Part shown: piece by piece, positions 32,788 through 43,290 of the stretch | How positions within the stretch are numbered: position 1 is the first letter of the stretch | How the letters are laid out: each line of letters begins with the position of its first letter | Assembly: GCA_963675595.2 (NCBI GenBank) | Contig: CAXXLZ010000002.1 | Span: 800,001 to 864,000 of the forward strand | Reading direction: 5' to 3' | From: Thermodesulfobacteriota bacterium | Lineage (GTDB): Bacteria > Desulfobacterota > Desulfarculia > JACQYL01 | DNA: 64,000 nucleotides | Notes under the pieces: generated by a model | Told to the model about the DNA's origin: nothing | Databases searched by the model: none | The model's input: the letters and a program-made list of their open reading frames with translations, nothing else | Program-made: the position numbers and the translations under genes

Positions 32788-33192
32788 TCAGCCCGTTTTC
32801 ACCTCTATTCGTTTGGGTTTGAGCGCCTCGCTCTTGGGAAGCCTTAGTCTGAGAACGCCGTTTTTCAGCCCGGCCTCGACTTTGGATTGATCTATGCCCT
32901 CCGCAACCGCGAAGGTACGGCTGAAATCTCCCACACGGTATTCGGTCCAAATTGCGTCACCGGGAAACGTCTTCTCCATCACCTTCCCGTAAACCCTGAG
33001 TTCCCCTTTCTCCAGCTCAATGGACACGCCTTCTCTGGAGACGCCGGGCAGATCCATGAGCAAAGTAAGTCCTTCCCGGTCCTCCATGATGTCTGCACGC
33101 GGTACAAACAAAGCTCCATCCTTGGTGGGCTCCGCCGCGGATTCCACTTCTCTCTTTTCCAGGGCCGTTTGAATCCTTTCTTCCATGAGCAT
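32788..33192 (-). CDS. Hsp20/alpha-crystallin small heat shock protein
   Basis: PRADIME, DLPGV, AGLKNGVLRLRLPK, PKRIEV. Confidence 0.92.
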   Translation of the reverse strand: MLMEERIQTALEKREVESAAEPTKDGALFVPRADIMEDREGLTLLMDLPGVSREGVSIELEKGELRVYGKVMEKTFPGDAIWTEYRVGDFSRTFAVAEGIDQSKVEAGLKNGVLRLRLPKSEALKPKRIEVKTG

Positions 33193-33205
33193 CACCTCCT
33201 CGCCT

Positions 33206-33655
33206 TTAAGCAACCGTGACTTTCTTGGGTTTGGCCGCTTCAGCCTTGGGCAACACCACTTTCAGGACGCCGTTCCGATATTCCGCGGTGACTTTCTCGG
33301 CATCCACCGCGACGGGCAGAGTCAACACTCGGCTGAACCCTCCCCTTTGCCGCTCATGTAGATGCCGGCTCGTCTCCGGCCCGTCACTTTCCGGCTTGCG
33401 TTCGCCGCTGAGGATCAAGTCCGCGCCTTGAACGGAAATGTTGATATTCTCTTTCTCAAGGCCCGGCAACTCGGCCGTGAGCATGAACGAATCACCTTCT
33501 TCGTAAAGATTGACCGGCGGGAAGACTCCGGCGCCCATCGCCGTGGACGATCCCCTCAGGAATGAGTCAAACAAACCGTTCATCTCTCGCCTCAGTCGCC
33601 CCAACTCTCCGGATGCGCTCGGGAGAAAGGGGTCCCTCACTCTAAACGTCACCAT
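33206..33655 (-). CDS. Hsp20/alpha-crystallin small heat shock protein
   Basis: FPPVNLYE, AELPGL, FSRVLTLP, AEYRNGVLKVVLPK. Confidence 0.93.
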   Translation of the reverse strand: MVTFRVRDPFLPSASGELGRLRREMNGLFDSFLRGSSTAMGAGVFPPVNLYEEGDSFMLTAELPGLEKENINISVQGADLILSGERKPESDGPETSRHLHERQRGGFSRVLTLPVAVDAEKVTAEYRNGVLKVVLPKAEAAKPKKVTVA

Positions 33656-33743
33656 AATGGTTCCCTCCTTTTTCACGCACCTGGTTTTGACCCCGACATT
33701 GCGAAGTCCCTGTGTTCAAACACCATTTTCCGTTCGACTATAC

Positions 33744-33771
33744 AATTTAGACAGACTCCGGACGTTGTCAA
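33744..33771 (-). promoter_or_regulatory. Sigma70-type promoter of the hsp20 pair
   Basis: Minus strand TTGACA-N16-TAAATT. Confidence 0.5.
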
Positions 33772-33915
33772 GTACCTGATTTGCCGCCTTAAGTAAGTAC
33801 TCCGTCAATCTCTTTGGAGCCCCGCCGATCGCCCTCTGCGCTCCCACTCAGCGCTTGCATACCAGATCGGTTCCTTGTAGTCTGATTTGAATTTTCTCTG
33901 GAGGCGAAAGAAACC

Positions 33916-34626
33916 ATGCCGCATACTGATTACGATCTTGAGAGCTTTCCTCCCCCCGTAACGCAACGGGAAATAGAGCGCATCGTCGATCCCCTGGAAA
34001 TCGAAAGAAAGTCCATGCGGATCATCGATGAAGAGGCACCTGAGCCCAGACCTTTTGAGGGAGAAGAATGGACGGTTGTGCGGCGAATGATCCACACGTC
34101 CGCCGACTTCGAAATGCTGCAAAAAGTTAAATTCCATCCGGACGCTCTGGAAACCGGCAAGAGGGCGCTGGCGTCGGGGTGTGAGATTTTCACCGATACG
34201 ATGATGGCCAACGTGGGGATTTCCAAATGGCGAATGCAACCTCTCGGGTGTCGGGTCGTTACACTGGTGCATGACGAGAGAGCTGTGGAACGTGCCTCAA
34301 GAGAGAGTATCAGCCGCTCCATCGCCGCGGTCGATCTCGCGGCGGAGAATCCGGGAATACGAGTTTTCGTCATTGGAAACGCGCCCACCGCTCTCTTGCG
34401 ACTCCTTGAGCTGGCGGAACTCGGACTCGTTTCCCCCGCACTGATTGTGGGTATGCCCGTGGGTTTCGTCAACGCGGCGGAATCCAAAGCGCTGTTGGCG
34501 AAGCAAAGCCCCGCTCCGTACGTTACCATAGAAGGCCGCAAGGGCGGCTCGGCGCTCGCGGCATCCGTAATTAACGCCCTGGCCGACTTGGTGAATCCGA
34601 GAAACTTGGAGAATCAAAGTAAGTAA
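33916..34626 (+). CDS. cbiC: Precorrin-8X / cobalt-precorrin-8 methylmutase
   Basis: IERKSMRII, RRMIHTSADF, IGNAPTAL, GMPVGFVNAAESK, GRKGGS. Confidence 0.95.
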   Translation: MPHTDYDLESFPPPVTQREIERIVDPLEIERKSMRIIDEEAPEPRPFEGEEWTVVRRMIHTSADFEMLQKVKFHPDALETGKRALASGCEIFTDTMMANVGISKWRMQPLGCRVVTLVHDERAVERASRESISRSIAAVDLAAENPGIRVFVIGNAPTALLRLLELAELGLVSPALIVGMPVGFVNAAESKALLAKQSPAPYVTIEGRKGGSALAASVINALADLVNPRNLENQSK

Positions 34627-34764
34627 GCACCCGCGAGCCGGGACCCGTCTATGACGAGTCCCAAGTCTCCCGGAGTCCGTTTAGGCTTGTCTACCTGCGT
34701 CGCCCGTTCGTTTAGATTTGGAGCTCCGTTTCTTTCGGTTCTCCGTTTCCTTAGGGAGAGTATT

Positions 34765-35565
34765 TTGTCCAAAGTCTACTTTGTCGGTGCGGGTCCAGGT
34801 GACCCCGAGTTGATCACGGTCAAGGGGTTGAGAATTATTCAGGAAGCCGACCTGGTCCTGTACGCGGGTTCCCTGGTTCCCGCGGAGATCGCCTCCAAAG
34901 CCAAACCATCGGCACGTGTGGTGGACTCCGCGCCTTTGAACCTGGAGGAAACTCATCGGTTGCTGGTGGAAACGGTTGCGCAGGGCGGCATCGCCGCTCG
35001 AGTTCACACGGGCGATCCTTCGCTGTACGGCGCCGTCCGGGAACAGGCGCGACTTCTGGACCGGGAAGGAATCCCCTACGAAGTGATTCCGGGCGTGACC
35101 GCGGCTTTCGCCGTGGCGGCCAAGGCCGCGGTTTCCTTCACCGTACCGGGGGAAAGCCAAAGCCTCATTATCACCCGGACGGCGGGAAAAACCGGCGCCC
35201 CAGAATCGGAACGTTTGAGGGATATGGCAAAGCACCGCTGCTCCTTGGCGATCTACCTGTCCGCCGCGGAACCGGAAGTTCTTCAAAACGAACTTTTAGA
35301 CGGCGGATTGGAGGAGGACACCCTAGTCGTGATCGGTCACCGAGTGGGATGGCCCGGAGAACAACTTGCCGTAACGCGCCTTAAAGACATGGCCGCTTTC
35401 GTCCGTGAGAACGAGATACATCGGCAGGCGCTGTTCCTGATTCTGCCGGGAGAGGACGACCGCGATCATTATTCCAAGCTTTACAGCCCCCGATTCACTC
35501 ACGGATATCGAAGGGCGACGCCGACCGACGGCCTCCCCGAGGATGACCCGGTTTCCGAAGGATGA
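34765..35565 (+). CDS. cbiF: Precorrin-4 / cobalt-precorrin-4 C11-methyltransferase
   Basis: VYFVGAGPGDPELITVKG, YAGSLV, HTGDPSLYGA, SKLYSPRFTHGYR; TTG start behind GGAGAG. Confidence 0.93.
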   Translation: MSKVYFVGAGPGDPELITVKGLRIIQEADLVLYAGSLVPAEIASKAKPSARVVDSAPLNLEETHRLLVETVAQGGIAARVHTGDPSLYGAVREQARLLDREGIPYEVIPGVTAAFAVAAKAAVSFTVPGESQSLIITRTAGKTGAPESERLRDMAKHRCSLAIYLSAAEPEVLQNELLDGGLEEDTLVVIGHRVGWPGEQLAVTRLKDMAAFVRENEIHRQALFLILPGEDDRDHYSKLYSPRFTHGYRRATPTDGLPEDDPVSEG

Positions 35566-35879
35566 CCGCTTGTAGCAATACCGGGGATGGAGTCGGACGT
35601 GCACTTGACCGCCGTTCTTCTTGAAGAAGGCGCATTGCCGATACATCTCCCCGGCGTTTTCCCGGGGAAGATGAGATCCCGAGGAAGCCTTTCTCCGTCG
35701 AGAGACATCCCTCACGGATCCTCTCCGCATTCATTCCTCCGAAACCGGCGGCCATCTCGGTCATTCGAGGAGCCGCCTTTCCTTGCGCACCCCTCCCCGA
35801 TCCCGGAACATCATGCCGGCCGCAGCGATCCGTCGACGGACACCAGGTTTCGGGCGGACGGGACGGATAACCGAACCGC

Positions 35880-37388
35880 ATGAAGTATCTGTTGAAAATC
35901 CGCTCGGAAAAGTTTGTCTTGGCCCTCCTGCCAACGAAAAGCCTTCTAGGCTTAGCGATATCTCTGCTCGTAATCACGGCCGCCTGCTGGGCTCTCGAAA
36001 CCCGACTGGCACCCAAATCCGATCGCCTTTCCCATTGGTATTGGGAAGACAAACGAATCAACCTCAACAACGAGTTCAAGAACTACGCCGACACGTCCCT
36101 TCCAATATGGCGCTCCGACGGTTTTCCCGTAACCGTCGCCCGGAAGAAAACCCGGCGGATCTTGGTGCTGGGGGACTCTTTCGCTTGGGGCGACGGGTAC
36201 GCCAACATGAACGATCTTTGGTGGAGGCAGTTGGAGAGGGAGCTTTGGCGGCGGGGATACCGTCAAGTGGAGGTGATTGCCGCGGGCCTGCCGGGTTATT
36301 CGACATCCGACCAGCTTGCCGTTCTGGGAACGGTGCTGGATCAGGCCAAACCCGATCTGCTCTTATGGGGATACACCACCAATGATCCGGACGAGGGAAT
36401 CGTGCCCATTCTGGACGAGAACCGCTTGGTACGCAAAGATTCCTTGTATCGCTTCCTTAATCGGGCCTCCACCGGAAGGCTGTTTCCGGGCCTCGTTTGC
36501 TTCCTGAGGGACGGACGTCAAGAGCGTGTCGCCGTGGGAGCCGCCGGGGCGAAAAACGGCTTTCGGTACGCACAATGGGAACTGGAACTACTGAAAGGCG
36601 AGAATTTCGCAAAATACAAATCCACCGCCGCCAGGCTTTCTCAGAAGGTCCGGACTTTGGGCATACCCGTTTTCTACGTTACCTTGCCGGCGGACCCGAG
36701 CATCGAATACCACCGCCCCAGGTTCGAGCCTGTGCGCGCTCTGTACGAGCGATTGGGAGTGCCGTTCTTCGACGTGCTGGACAAGGTGCACTCAATGCTG
36801 TGTTCAGGCCGAGAAGCCGATCTTAGCGTACAGTGGGGCATCAATCCGGTAAACCGACATCCCGGGGCCGCGGTGACTCACGCTTGCGCGGTCGCCGTTT
36901 GTGATGTTCTTGAAAAAGAAGCCGCCGAAATCTTGGAGTCGCCGTCAATCGACCACCCGGACCCAGCCCCGATCATTAACGACTGGATGCCTTTCGACCT
37001 CGGAGTCGAGCGCCGATCGGACGAAACCTGGACCATGACCGTGCCCCGGTCCTCAAAATACATGCCGAGGATGCCCGATGACGAGCCTTTCCTGCTGCTT
37101 TCCTTGGCAATGCCCGTGGTTTTGAGTACGGTGGAAGTCCACGGTGAAAATCTCGCGGAGGTGTCCATCGAGACGACCGGCGTGAGCCCGAATTCGGGCT
37201 TTGACGACGGTTCCACTCAAAGGTATCCGCAGCGGAACGGTCCGACGGCTCGGTGGGATGTGGGCGAGAAGTCGGATGCGCGGGCCATGAACACCCTTCG
37301 CATCAAGCCGCGCTTTTCCGGGAATGATCGTGTGCTGCGGTTGCGACTCGTCCCCGGGAAATCGTCTCCGACACTCGAGGTGAAATAA
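35880..37388 (+). CDS. SGNH/GDSL hydrolase family protein, membrane-anchored
   Basis: N-terminal TM, RILVLGDSFAWG, GLPGYST, TTND, NRHPG. Confidence 0.8.
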   Translation: MKYLLKIRSEKFVLALLPTKSLLGLAISLLVITAACWALETRLAPKSDRLSHWYWEDKRINLNNEFKNYADTSLPIWRSDGFPVTVARKKTRRILVLGDSFAWGDGYANMNDLWWRQLERELWRRGYRQVEVIAAGLPGYSTSDQLAVLGTVLDQAKPDLLLWGYTTNDPDEGIVPILDENRLVRKDSLYRFLNRASTGRLFPGLVCFLRDGRQERVAVGAAGAKNGFRYAQWELELLKGENFAKYKSTAARLSQKVRTLGIPVFYVTLPADPSIEYHRPRFEPVRALYERLGVPFFDVLDKVHSMLCSGREADLSVQWGINPVNRHPGAAVTHACAVAVCDVLEKEAAEILESPSIDHPDPAPIINDWMPFDLGVERRSDETWTMTVPRSSKYMPRMPDDEPFLLLSLAMPVVLSTVEVHGENLAEVSIETTGVSPNSGFDDGSTQRYPQRNGPTARWDVGEKSDARAMNTLRIKPRFSGNDRVLRLRLVPGKSSPTLEVK

Positions 37389-37605
37389 ACCCGGTATCAC
37401 CCATCCGGACAAGTCATACGTAAGGCAACTGAAGTGAACGAGGAACGGAGCGCAACCCTGCAGATCGCATGTTTCAACCGTCTCCGCCTCGCCCCCGGCC
37501 GATTTCCTTCCACGCCGAATCCCGGGCACCGAGGCCTCTCGGAAAAAAGCGCTTTGAAAAACGGATGAATTATGAGAGACTTATGGCTACGCGGAACGGA
37601 TCATG

Positions 37606-37620
37606 CGGCACGGGCCTTGT
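37606..37620 (+). promoter_or_regulatory. Possible sigma54 promoter upstream of glgE
   Basis: CGGCACG-GGCC-TTGT, about 360 bp before the glgE start. Confidence 0.3.
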
Positions 37621-37977
37621 CCAGTCATCCAATCCCGAATGCCGGAAAACCAAACCGTCGCCGTTGTCTTGAAGGATCACCCGGTCCGATGGAGGACCAA
37701 CACCTCCCGATTCCCGTTGACGAAATCCTCGATATTCCCGGCCGGGTGTTTTCGGGCCAACGCTTTCGTTTTGTTTCTCCGCTGTTCCCTTAACTTAGAC
37801 GATGCTTTCCGAAATACCGATCGTCGACCGGAACAAGCGCCAAAGCCTCTCCCGCATGACCGATTCATGAGAATCAAGGACGTCGGAACGAAGCGAGACG
37901 GGACCATCTCTCCCGTGTTCCCTCTCCTCTCCGGTTTCGGAGCCGTCGTCGGACTATGCAAAGGCTGAGGACTACCC

Positions 37978-39960
37978 ATGATTGATGGAACAAAACGCGT
38001 AATGATCGAGAACGTCGCTCCTCAAATAGCGTGCGGCGAATACCCCATCAAGCGGGCCGTCGGTGAATCCGTGAGGATTTCCGCGGACATTTATGCGGAC
38101 GGCCACGACGAACTCAGGGCTTTCCTTCTCCACCGAAAGGAAGGAGATGCCTTCTTTCACGAAACACCCATGATTCCACTTGAAAACGATCGCTGGACGG
38201 CGGAGTTTCAGATTCTGGAGATGGTCCCTTATTACTACGGCGTCAAAGCGTGGGTCGACCGATTCAAGACCTGGAGTCGGGACATGTCCGGAAGAATCCG
38301 AGCCGGCCAGAACATTTCGGCGGCTCTGGCCGAGGGAGCGCGCCTTGTGGGCGAAGCGGCGACACGAGCGTCCGGTGCCGATAGGGAAAGCCTGCTCCGT
38401 TCGGCCGCGACTCTTGAAGGAACAGATCCGGAAGAAGCCCTGTCCGAGGCTCTCTCATCCAGCCTAGCCGAGATTATGGCCAAGTACGGAGACCTTTTTC
38501 CCTCCCGATACGAAAAGGAACTCATGGTTCTTGTAGACCCTCCACGAGCCCTGTTCAGCACTTGGTACGAGTTTTTCCCCAGGTCCGCGGCCTCGTTCGG
38601 GAGTCGGCCGCGCCACGGCACCTTCAGGGACATGGAAAAACTCCTCCCGGAGATCGCCCGTATGGGTTTCGACGTGCTTTATTTCCCTCCCATTCATCCC
38701 ATCGGAGAAACACATCGAAAAGGAAAGAACAATGAACCTCGGTGTGAAGCCGGAGACGTGGGCAGCCCATGGGCCATCGGCTCCGAATCCGGTGGACACA
38801 AGGCCGTGCATCCCGAACTGGGCAATCTGGAGGAATTCCGGCACTTGTGCGCGGAGGCGGAGAACCTGGGCCTTGAAATAGCTCTGGACATGGCTTTCCA
38901 ATGTTCTCCCGATCACCCATACGTGCGGGAACATCCGGAGTGGTTCCGACGGCGAGCCGACGGTTCGATTCAGTACGCGGAGAACCCGCCGAAGAAATAT
39001 GAGGACATCTATCCCTTCGACTTCGAATGTGAGGCGTGGCGCGAGCTGTGGGAGGAACTCAGGAGCGTATTTCTTTTCTGGGTCGAACAGGGCGTCAGGA
39101 TTTTCCGCGTGGACAATCCCCACACCAAACCGGTTCCTTTCTGGCGCTGGGTCATTTCCGAGGTGAAACAGCGACACCCGGAGACGATTTTCCTCGCCGA
39201 GGCGTTCACACGGCCCAAGATGATGTACGGACTGGCCAAAGCGGGTTTCACCCAGTCTTATACCTATTTCACCTGGAGAAATACCAAAAAGGAACTCACG
39301 AACTACATGACGGAGTTGGTGGAGGAAGCGCCGAGGGATTATTTCAGGCCCAATTTCTGGCCCAACACCCCCGATATTCTCCCGGAATTCCTCCAGTTCG
39401 GCGGACGTCCCGCCTTCATCATGCGTTTGGTGCTGGCCGCCACCCTCTCGTCGAACTACGGCATTTACGGTCCCGCTTTCGAGCTCTGCGAAAACGAAGC
39501 TCGTGTGGGAAGCGAAGAGTATTTGAACTCGGAAAAGTATGAGATCAGACCGCGAAACTGGAACATAGAAGGAAATCTCAAGGACTTCATCGCCAGGTTG
39601 AACGGCATTCGACGAAACAATTCCGCCCTGCAAACCACCTGGAATCTGAGGTTCATCAAAGCGGAAAACGATTTCGTCATTGCCTACGTGAAGGTTTCCC
39701 GCGATACGGAAAATGCGGTGTTTACCGTGGTCAATCTGGACCCATACAACACACAGGGAGCCTGGATCACGTTGCCTCTGGAAGAACTGGAGCTGAAAGA
39801 GGGCAGGCCTTTTCTGATCCACGATCTGCTCGGCGACGACAAGTTCATCTGGCACGGCGGACGCAACTACGTGGAGTTGAACCCACGGGTGCTTCCGGCG
39901 AGAATCTTCACACTGAAAAAGGACCTCAGGAAGGAAACGGATTTCGACTACTTCATGTAA
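37978..39960 (+). CDS. glgE: Alpha-1,4-glucan:maltose-1-phosphate maltosyltransferase
   Basis: WYEFFPRS, PPIHPIG, RKGKNN, AENPPKKYEDI, FRVDNPHTKP, PNFWPNTPDIL. Confidence 0.96.
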   Translation: MIDGTKRVMIENVAPQIACGEYPIKRAVGESVRISADIYADGHDELRAFLLHRKEGDAFFHETPMIPLENDRWTAEFQILEMVPYYYGVKAWVDRFKTWSRDMSGRIRAGQNISAALAEGARLVGEAATRASGADRESLLRSAATLEGTDPEEALSEALSSSLAEIMAKYGDLFPSRYEKELMVLVDPPRALFSTWYEFFPRSAASFGSRPRHGTFRDMEKLLPEIARMGFDVLYFPPIHPIGETHRKGKNNEPRCEAGDVGSPWAIGSESGGHKAVHPELGNLEEFRHLCAEAENLGLEIALDMAFQCSPDHPYVREHPEWFRRRADGSIQYAENPPKKYEDIYPFDFECEAWRELWEELRSVFLFWVEQGVRIFRVDNPHTKPVPFWRWVISEVKQRHPETIFLAEAFTRPKMMYGLAKAGFTQSYTYFTWRNTKKELTNYMTELVEEAPRDYFRPNFWPNTPDILPEFLQFGGRPAFIMRLVLAATLSSNYGIYGPAFELCENEARVGSEEYLNSEKYEIRPRNWNIEGNLKDFIARLNGIRRNNSALQTTWNLRFIKAENDFVIAYVKVSRDTENAVFTVVNLDPYNTQGAWITLPLEELELKEGRPFLIHDLLGDDKFIWHGGRNYVELNPRVLPARIFTLKKDLRKETDFDYFM

Positions 39961-39974
39961 GGAGAAACGCATCC

Positions 39975-42900
39975 ATGACCGATGTCTCGATACTGCCGGA
40001 TGATCCTCTCTGGTACAAAGACGCCATCATTTACGAAGTCCACGTAAAAACCTTCTGTGACGGAAACGGCGACGGAATCGGGGACTTCAAGGGAATGATC
40101 TCGAAGCTGGACTACTTCGAAAGTCTCGGGATCAATACGGTATGGTTGCTCCCCTTCTATCCTTCGCCCTTGAAGGACGACGGATACGACATCGCCGATT
40201 ACCGTAACGTTCACCCCGACTACGGTGCTTTGAGAGACTTCAAAGAATTCCTGAAAGGCGCCCACCGTCGCGGAATTCGGGTAATTACCGAGTTGGTCAT
40301 GAACCACACGTCCAACCGACACGAATGGTTCCAACGTTCCAGAAGGTCCGGACCAAACACGGCATGGCGCAACTATTACGTTTGGAGCGATACGCCGACC
40401 CGATATGCGGACACACGGATTATCTTTCAAGACTTCGAACACTCGAACTGGGCCTGGGACCCGGTGGCTCAAGCCTATTACTGGCATCGGTTCTACAGCC
40501 ACCAACCGGACCTGAATTTCGAAAGCCCGCAAGTCAAAAGGGCTATGTTCAAGGCCTTGGACTTCTGGTTGAGTATGGGTGTGGACGGCCTGCGACTCGA
40601 TGCCGTGCCCTATTTGTTCGAGCGGGAAGGAACCAACTGCGAGAATCTGCCTGAAACCTATGAGTTTATCAGGGAACTTCGTAGACACATCGACGAAAAC
40701 CATCGAGACAAGATGGTTCTGGCGGAAGCGAACCAATGGCCGGAGGACGCCGTAGCCTATTTCGGCTCGGGAGACTCCTGCAACATGGCGTTTCATTTCC
40801 CCTTGATGCCGCGGATGTTCATGGCCCTCGAAATGGAAAACAAGTATCCCATCATCAATATCCTGGAGCAGACGCCGGCCGTTCCGGATTCCTGCCAGTG
40901 GGCCATTTTTTTGCGCAATCACGACGAATTGACTCTTGAGATGGTCACCGACGAAGAGCGGGACTATATGTACCGCGTTTACGCCATGGATCAGCGCGCG
41001 AGAATCAACCTGGGCATTCGACGGAGGCTGGCTCCCCTGTTGGACAACGACCGCAGGAAGATCGAACTCATGAATGTCCTGCTTCTCACCCTTCCCGGCT
41101 CTCCCGTGATCTATTACGGAGACGAAATCGGCATGGGAGACAACTACTACCTGGGGGATCGGGACGGTGTTCGGACTCCCATGCAATGGAACGCCAACAA
41201 AAACGCCGGATTCTCCGATGCCAATCCGCAAAAGCTATTCCTGCCGGTGATTATCGATCCCCAATATCATTACGAAACCATCAACGTGGAGACTCAGAGC
41301 CGAAGTCAATACTCACTACTTTGGTGGATGCGCAGAATCATAGCCCGCCGGAAGAGATATCGGGCTTTCGGTCGGGGCAAAATGGAATTCGTGCACCTGG
41401 ACAACGTCAAAGTCTTGGCTTACATCCGGTCCCATGAGGATGAGTCCATTCTTGTGGTGGCCAATCTCTCACGAAACGCCCAGATGGTTGAAATCGATCT
41501 TTCGAAATACCAAGGCCGGGTGCCTGAAGACATGTTCGGTCAAACCCGCTTTCTTCCCGTCACCGAATCCCCCTATGTGCTTTCCCTGGGTCCCTATGCG
41601 TATTTCGTTCTTGTTTTAAAAGCACCCCAAGAGACGATCGTGTACCAGGCGGAAAGTCGGGCGCCTCAAATTCGGGCGAAAAGCTGGGGCACCTTGTTCG
41701 ACGAAGCCGAACCCAGAGGCAGGTTGGAGAAGCACATTCTTCCCGGCTACATATACGGCCGGCGTTGGTTCGGAGGCAAAGCCCGTCGCCTGAAGGGAAC
41801 CAAGATTCTGGAATCTCTCCGGCTGGGCAAGACCAGGAATTCTCCGGCCATTCTTCTGGTGGAGGTGTCCTACACGGAAGGAGAGCCCGAAATTTACGTC
41901 CTTCCCTTGACCTGCCGACCCATTGAAGATTCCGATTCAGAGCTTCCACCGGGAACCGTGGCGCTTCTCGATCTCCCCAATTGGAAAGGCGTCATCCAGG
42001 AAGCGGTGTACGACGAGGAATACTGCAGGACGCTTCTGGCGGTTACGGCGGGAAGAAAGCGCATCGCAGGCCCCACCGGTCGCCTCATCGCAGGCTCCAC
42101 CCGCGATCTTCGGGAAATCTTCACCAAGAACGAGGTGGATTTGACACCGAAACTGCTGGGAGTGGAGCAAAGCAATACCTCCATCGTTTACGGTAAGAGC
42201 CTTTTTCTCAAACTTTATCGCAAGACGGATCGGGGCATGCACCCGGACCTCGAGATGGTGCGTTACCTTTCGGGAGTTTCGGGTTTCGAGCATATTCCCC
42301 CCTATCTAGGCGAACTTCAGTACCGTTTCGAAAATGGGGATAATGTGGTGATCGGAATGATGCAGGGCTTCGTTCCCAATCAGGGCGACGCCTGGACCCA
42401 CAACCTCGATCTGGTCAGAAGGTTTTTTGAGCGGGCTCTGCTGCTGCGCAACTCCGGGACCGAGGCGCCCGAGTGCCCCGCCACTCCCGTGCAGGCGGAC
42501 ATGGATACCGCACCTCAGCCTCTGGATGAGCTGTTCGCCGGCATCACTCAGGAAATGGCGGAACTGCTCGGTCTGCGGACCGCTGAAATGCACCAGGCTC
42601 TGGCTCGTGCGGACAAAGACGACAGCTTCCGCCCGGAGGCTTTCTCCTGGCTGCGACAGCGGGCCTTGTTCCAGTCCATGCAAAATCTCGCCGGCGAACA
42701 GTTGCGGTTGTTGAGAAACAACCTCAGCCGTTTTTCCGACTCGATTCAACAAGAAGCCCGGGAAGTGCTGGCCCTGGAAAGCGAAATCTTTTCCCGCATG
42801 CGGCGAATACTGAGACGAAAACTGGAAGCATTGGCGCTGAGAACCCACGGAGATTACCATCTGGGACAAGTACTCTATACGGGCAAGGATTTCGTAATTT

Positions 42901-43289
42901 TCGATTTCGAAGGCGAGCCCGCGAGGAGCCTGAGTGAAAGACGCCTCAAGCGTTCTCCGGTCCGAGACATCGCCGGAATGTTGAGGTCCTACCAATACGC
43001 CGCCTATACCGTTCTGCATAGAGAGATGGCCCTTTCGTCGGACGAAAAGGAATTCCTATCTCCCTGGGCGGAGCTTTGGGCCACCTACATGGGAGGGTCT
43101 TTTCTCAAGGGTTATCTGGAAAAGATGAAAGGCTCGCCTATTCTGCCTTCGTCCATGGAAGATTTCGAAAACATGCTGGTTCCTTTTCTCCTGGAAAAGG
43201 CACTGTATGAAGTGGGATACGAACTCAACAATCGACCTGAATGGCTGCTGATTCCGCTCCGTGGAGTCAAGCAGCTTTGCGGAGCCTGA
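39975..43289 (+). CDS. treS: Trehalose synthase-maltokinase fusion (TreS-Mak)
   Basis: WYKDAIIY, HRFYSHQPDLN, RLDAVPYL, FLRNHDELTLEMV; C-terminal maltokinase RWFGGK, EQSNTS, HGDYHLGQVL, DFEGEP, YELNNRP. Confidence 0.96.
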   Translation: MTDVSILPDDPLWYKDAIIYEVHVKTFCDGNGDGIGDFKGMISKLDYFESLGINTVWLLPFYPSPLKDDGYDIADYRNVHPDYGALRDFKEFLKGAHRRGIRVITELVMNHTSNRHEWFQRSRRSGPNTAWRNYYVWSDTPTRYADTRIIFQDFEHSNWAWDPVAQAYYWHRFYSHQPDLNFESPQVKRAMFKALDFWLSMGVDGLRLDAVPYLFEREGTNCENLPETYEFIRELRRHIDENHRDKMVLAEANQWPEDAVAYFGSGDSCNMAFHFPLMPRMFMALEMENKYPIINILEQTPAVPDSCQWAIFLRNHDELTLEMVTDEERDYMYRVYAMDQRARINLGIRRRLAPLLDNDRRKIELMNVLLLTLPGSPVIYYGDEIGMGDNYYLGDRDGVRTPMQWNANKNAGFSDANPQKLFLPVIIDPQYHYETINVETQSRSQYSLLWWMRRIIARRKRYRAFGRGKMEFVHLDNVKVLAYIRSHEDESILVVANLSRNAQMVEIDLSKYQGRVPEDMFGQTRFLPVTESPYVLSLGPYAYFVLVLKAPQETIVYQAESRAPQIRAKSWGTLFDEAEPRGRLEKHILPGYIYGRRWFGGKARRLKGTKILESLRLGKTRNSPAILLVEVSYTEGEPEIYVLPLTCRPIEDSDSELPPGTVALLDLPNWKGVIQEAVYDEEYCRTLLAVTAGRKRIAGPTGRLIAGSTRDLREIFTKNEVDLTPKLLGVEQSNTSIVYGKSLFLKLYRKTDRGMHPDLEMVRYLSGVSGFEHIPPYLGELQYRFENGDNVVIGMMQGFVPNQGDAWTHNLDLVRRFFERALLLRNSGTEAPECPATPVQADMDTAPQPLDELFAGITQEMAELLGLRTAEMHQALARADKDDSFRPEAFSWLRQRALFQSMQNLAGEQLRLLRNNLSRFSDSIQQEAREVLALESEIFSRMRRILRRKLEALALRTHGDYHLGQVLYTGKDFVIFDFEGEPARSLSERRLKRSPVRDIAGMLRSYQYAAYTVLHREMALSSDEKEFLSPWAELWATYMGGSFLKGYLEKMKGSPILPSSMEDFENMLVPFLLEKALYEVGYELNNRPEWLLIPLRGVKQLCGA

Positions 43290-43290
43290 T

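Noticed and set aside
33780-33915. Cobalamin riboswitch before cbiC, or CIRCE/HAIR operator before hsp20
   Set aside because: No B12 box and no matching inverted repeats seen
38464-41231. Long minus-strand ORFs (502 aa and 427 aa)
   Set aside because: Antisense shadows of glgE and treS, expected from high-GC codon bias
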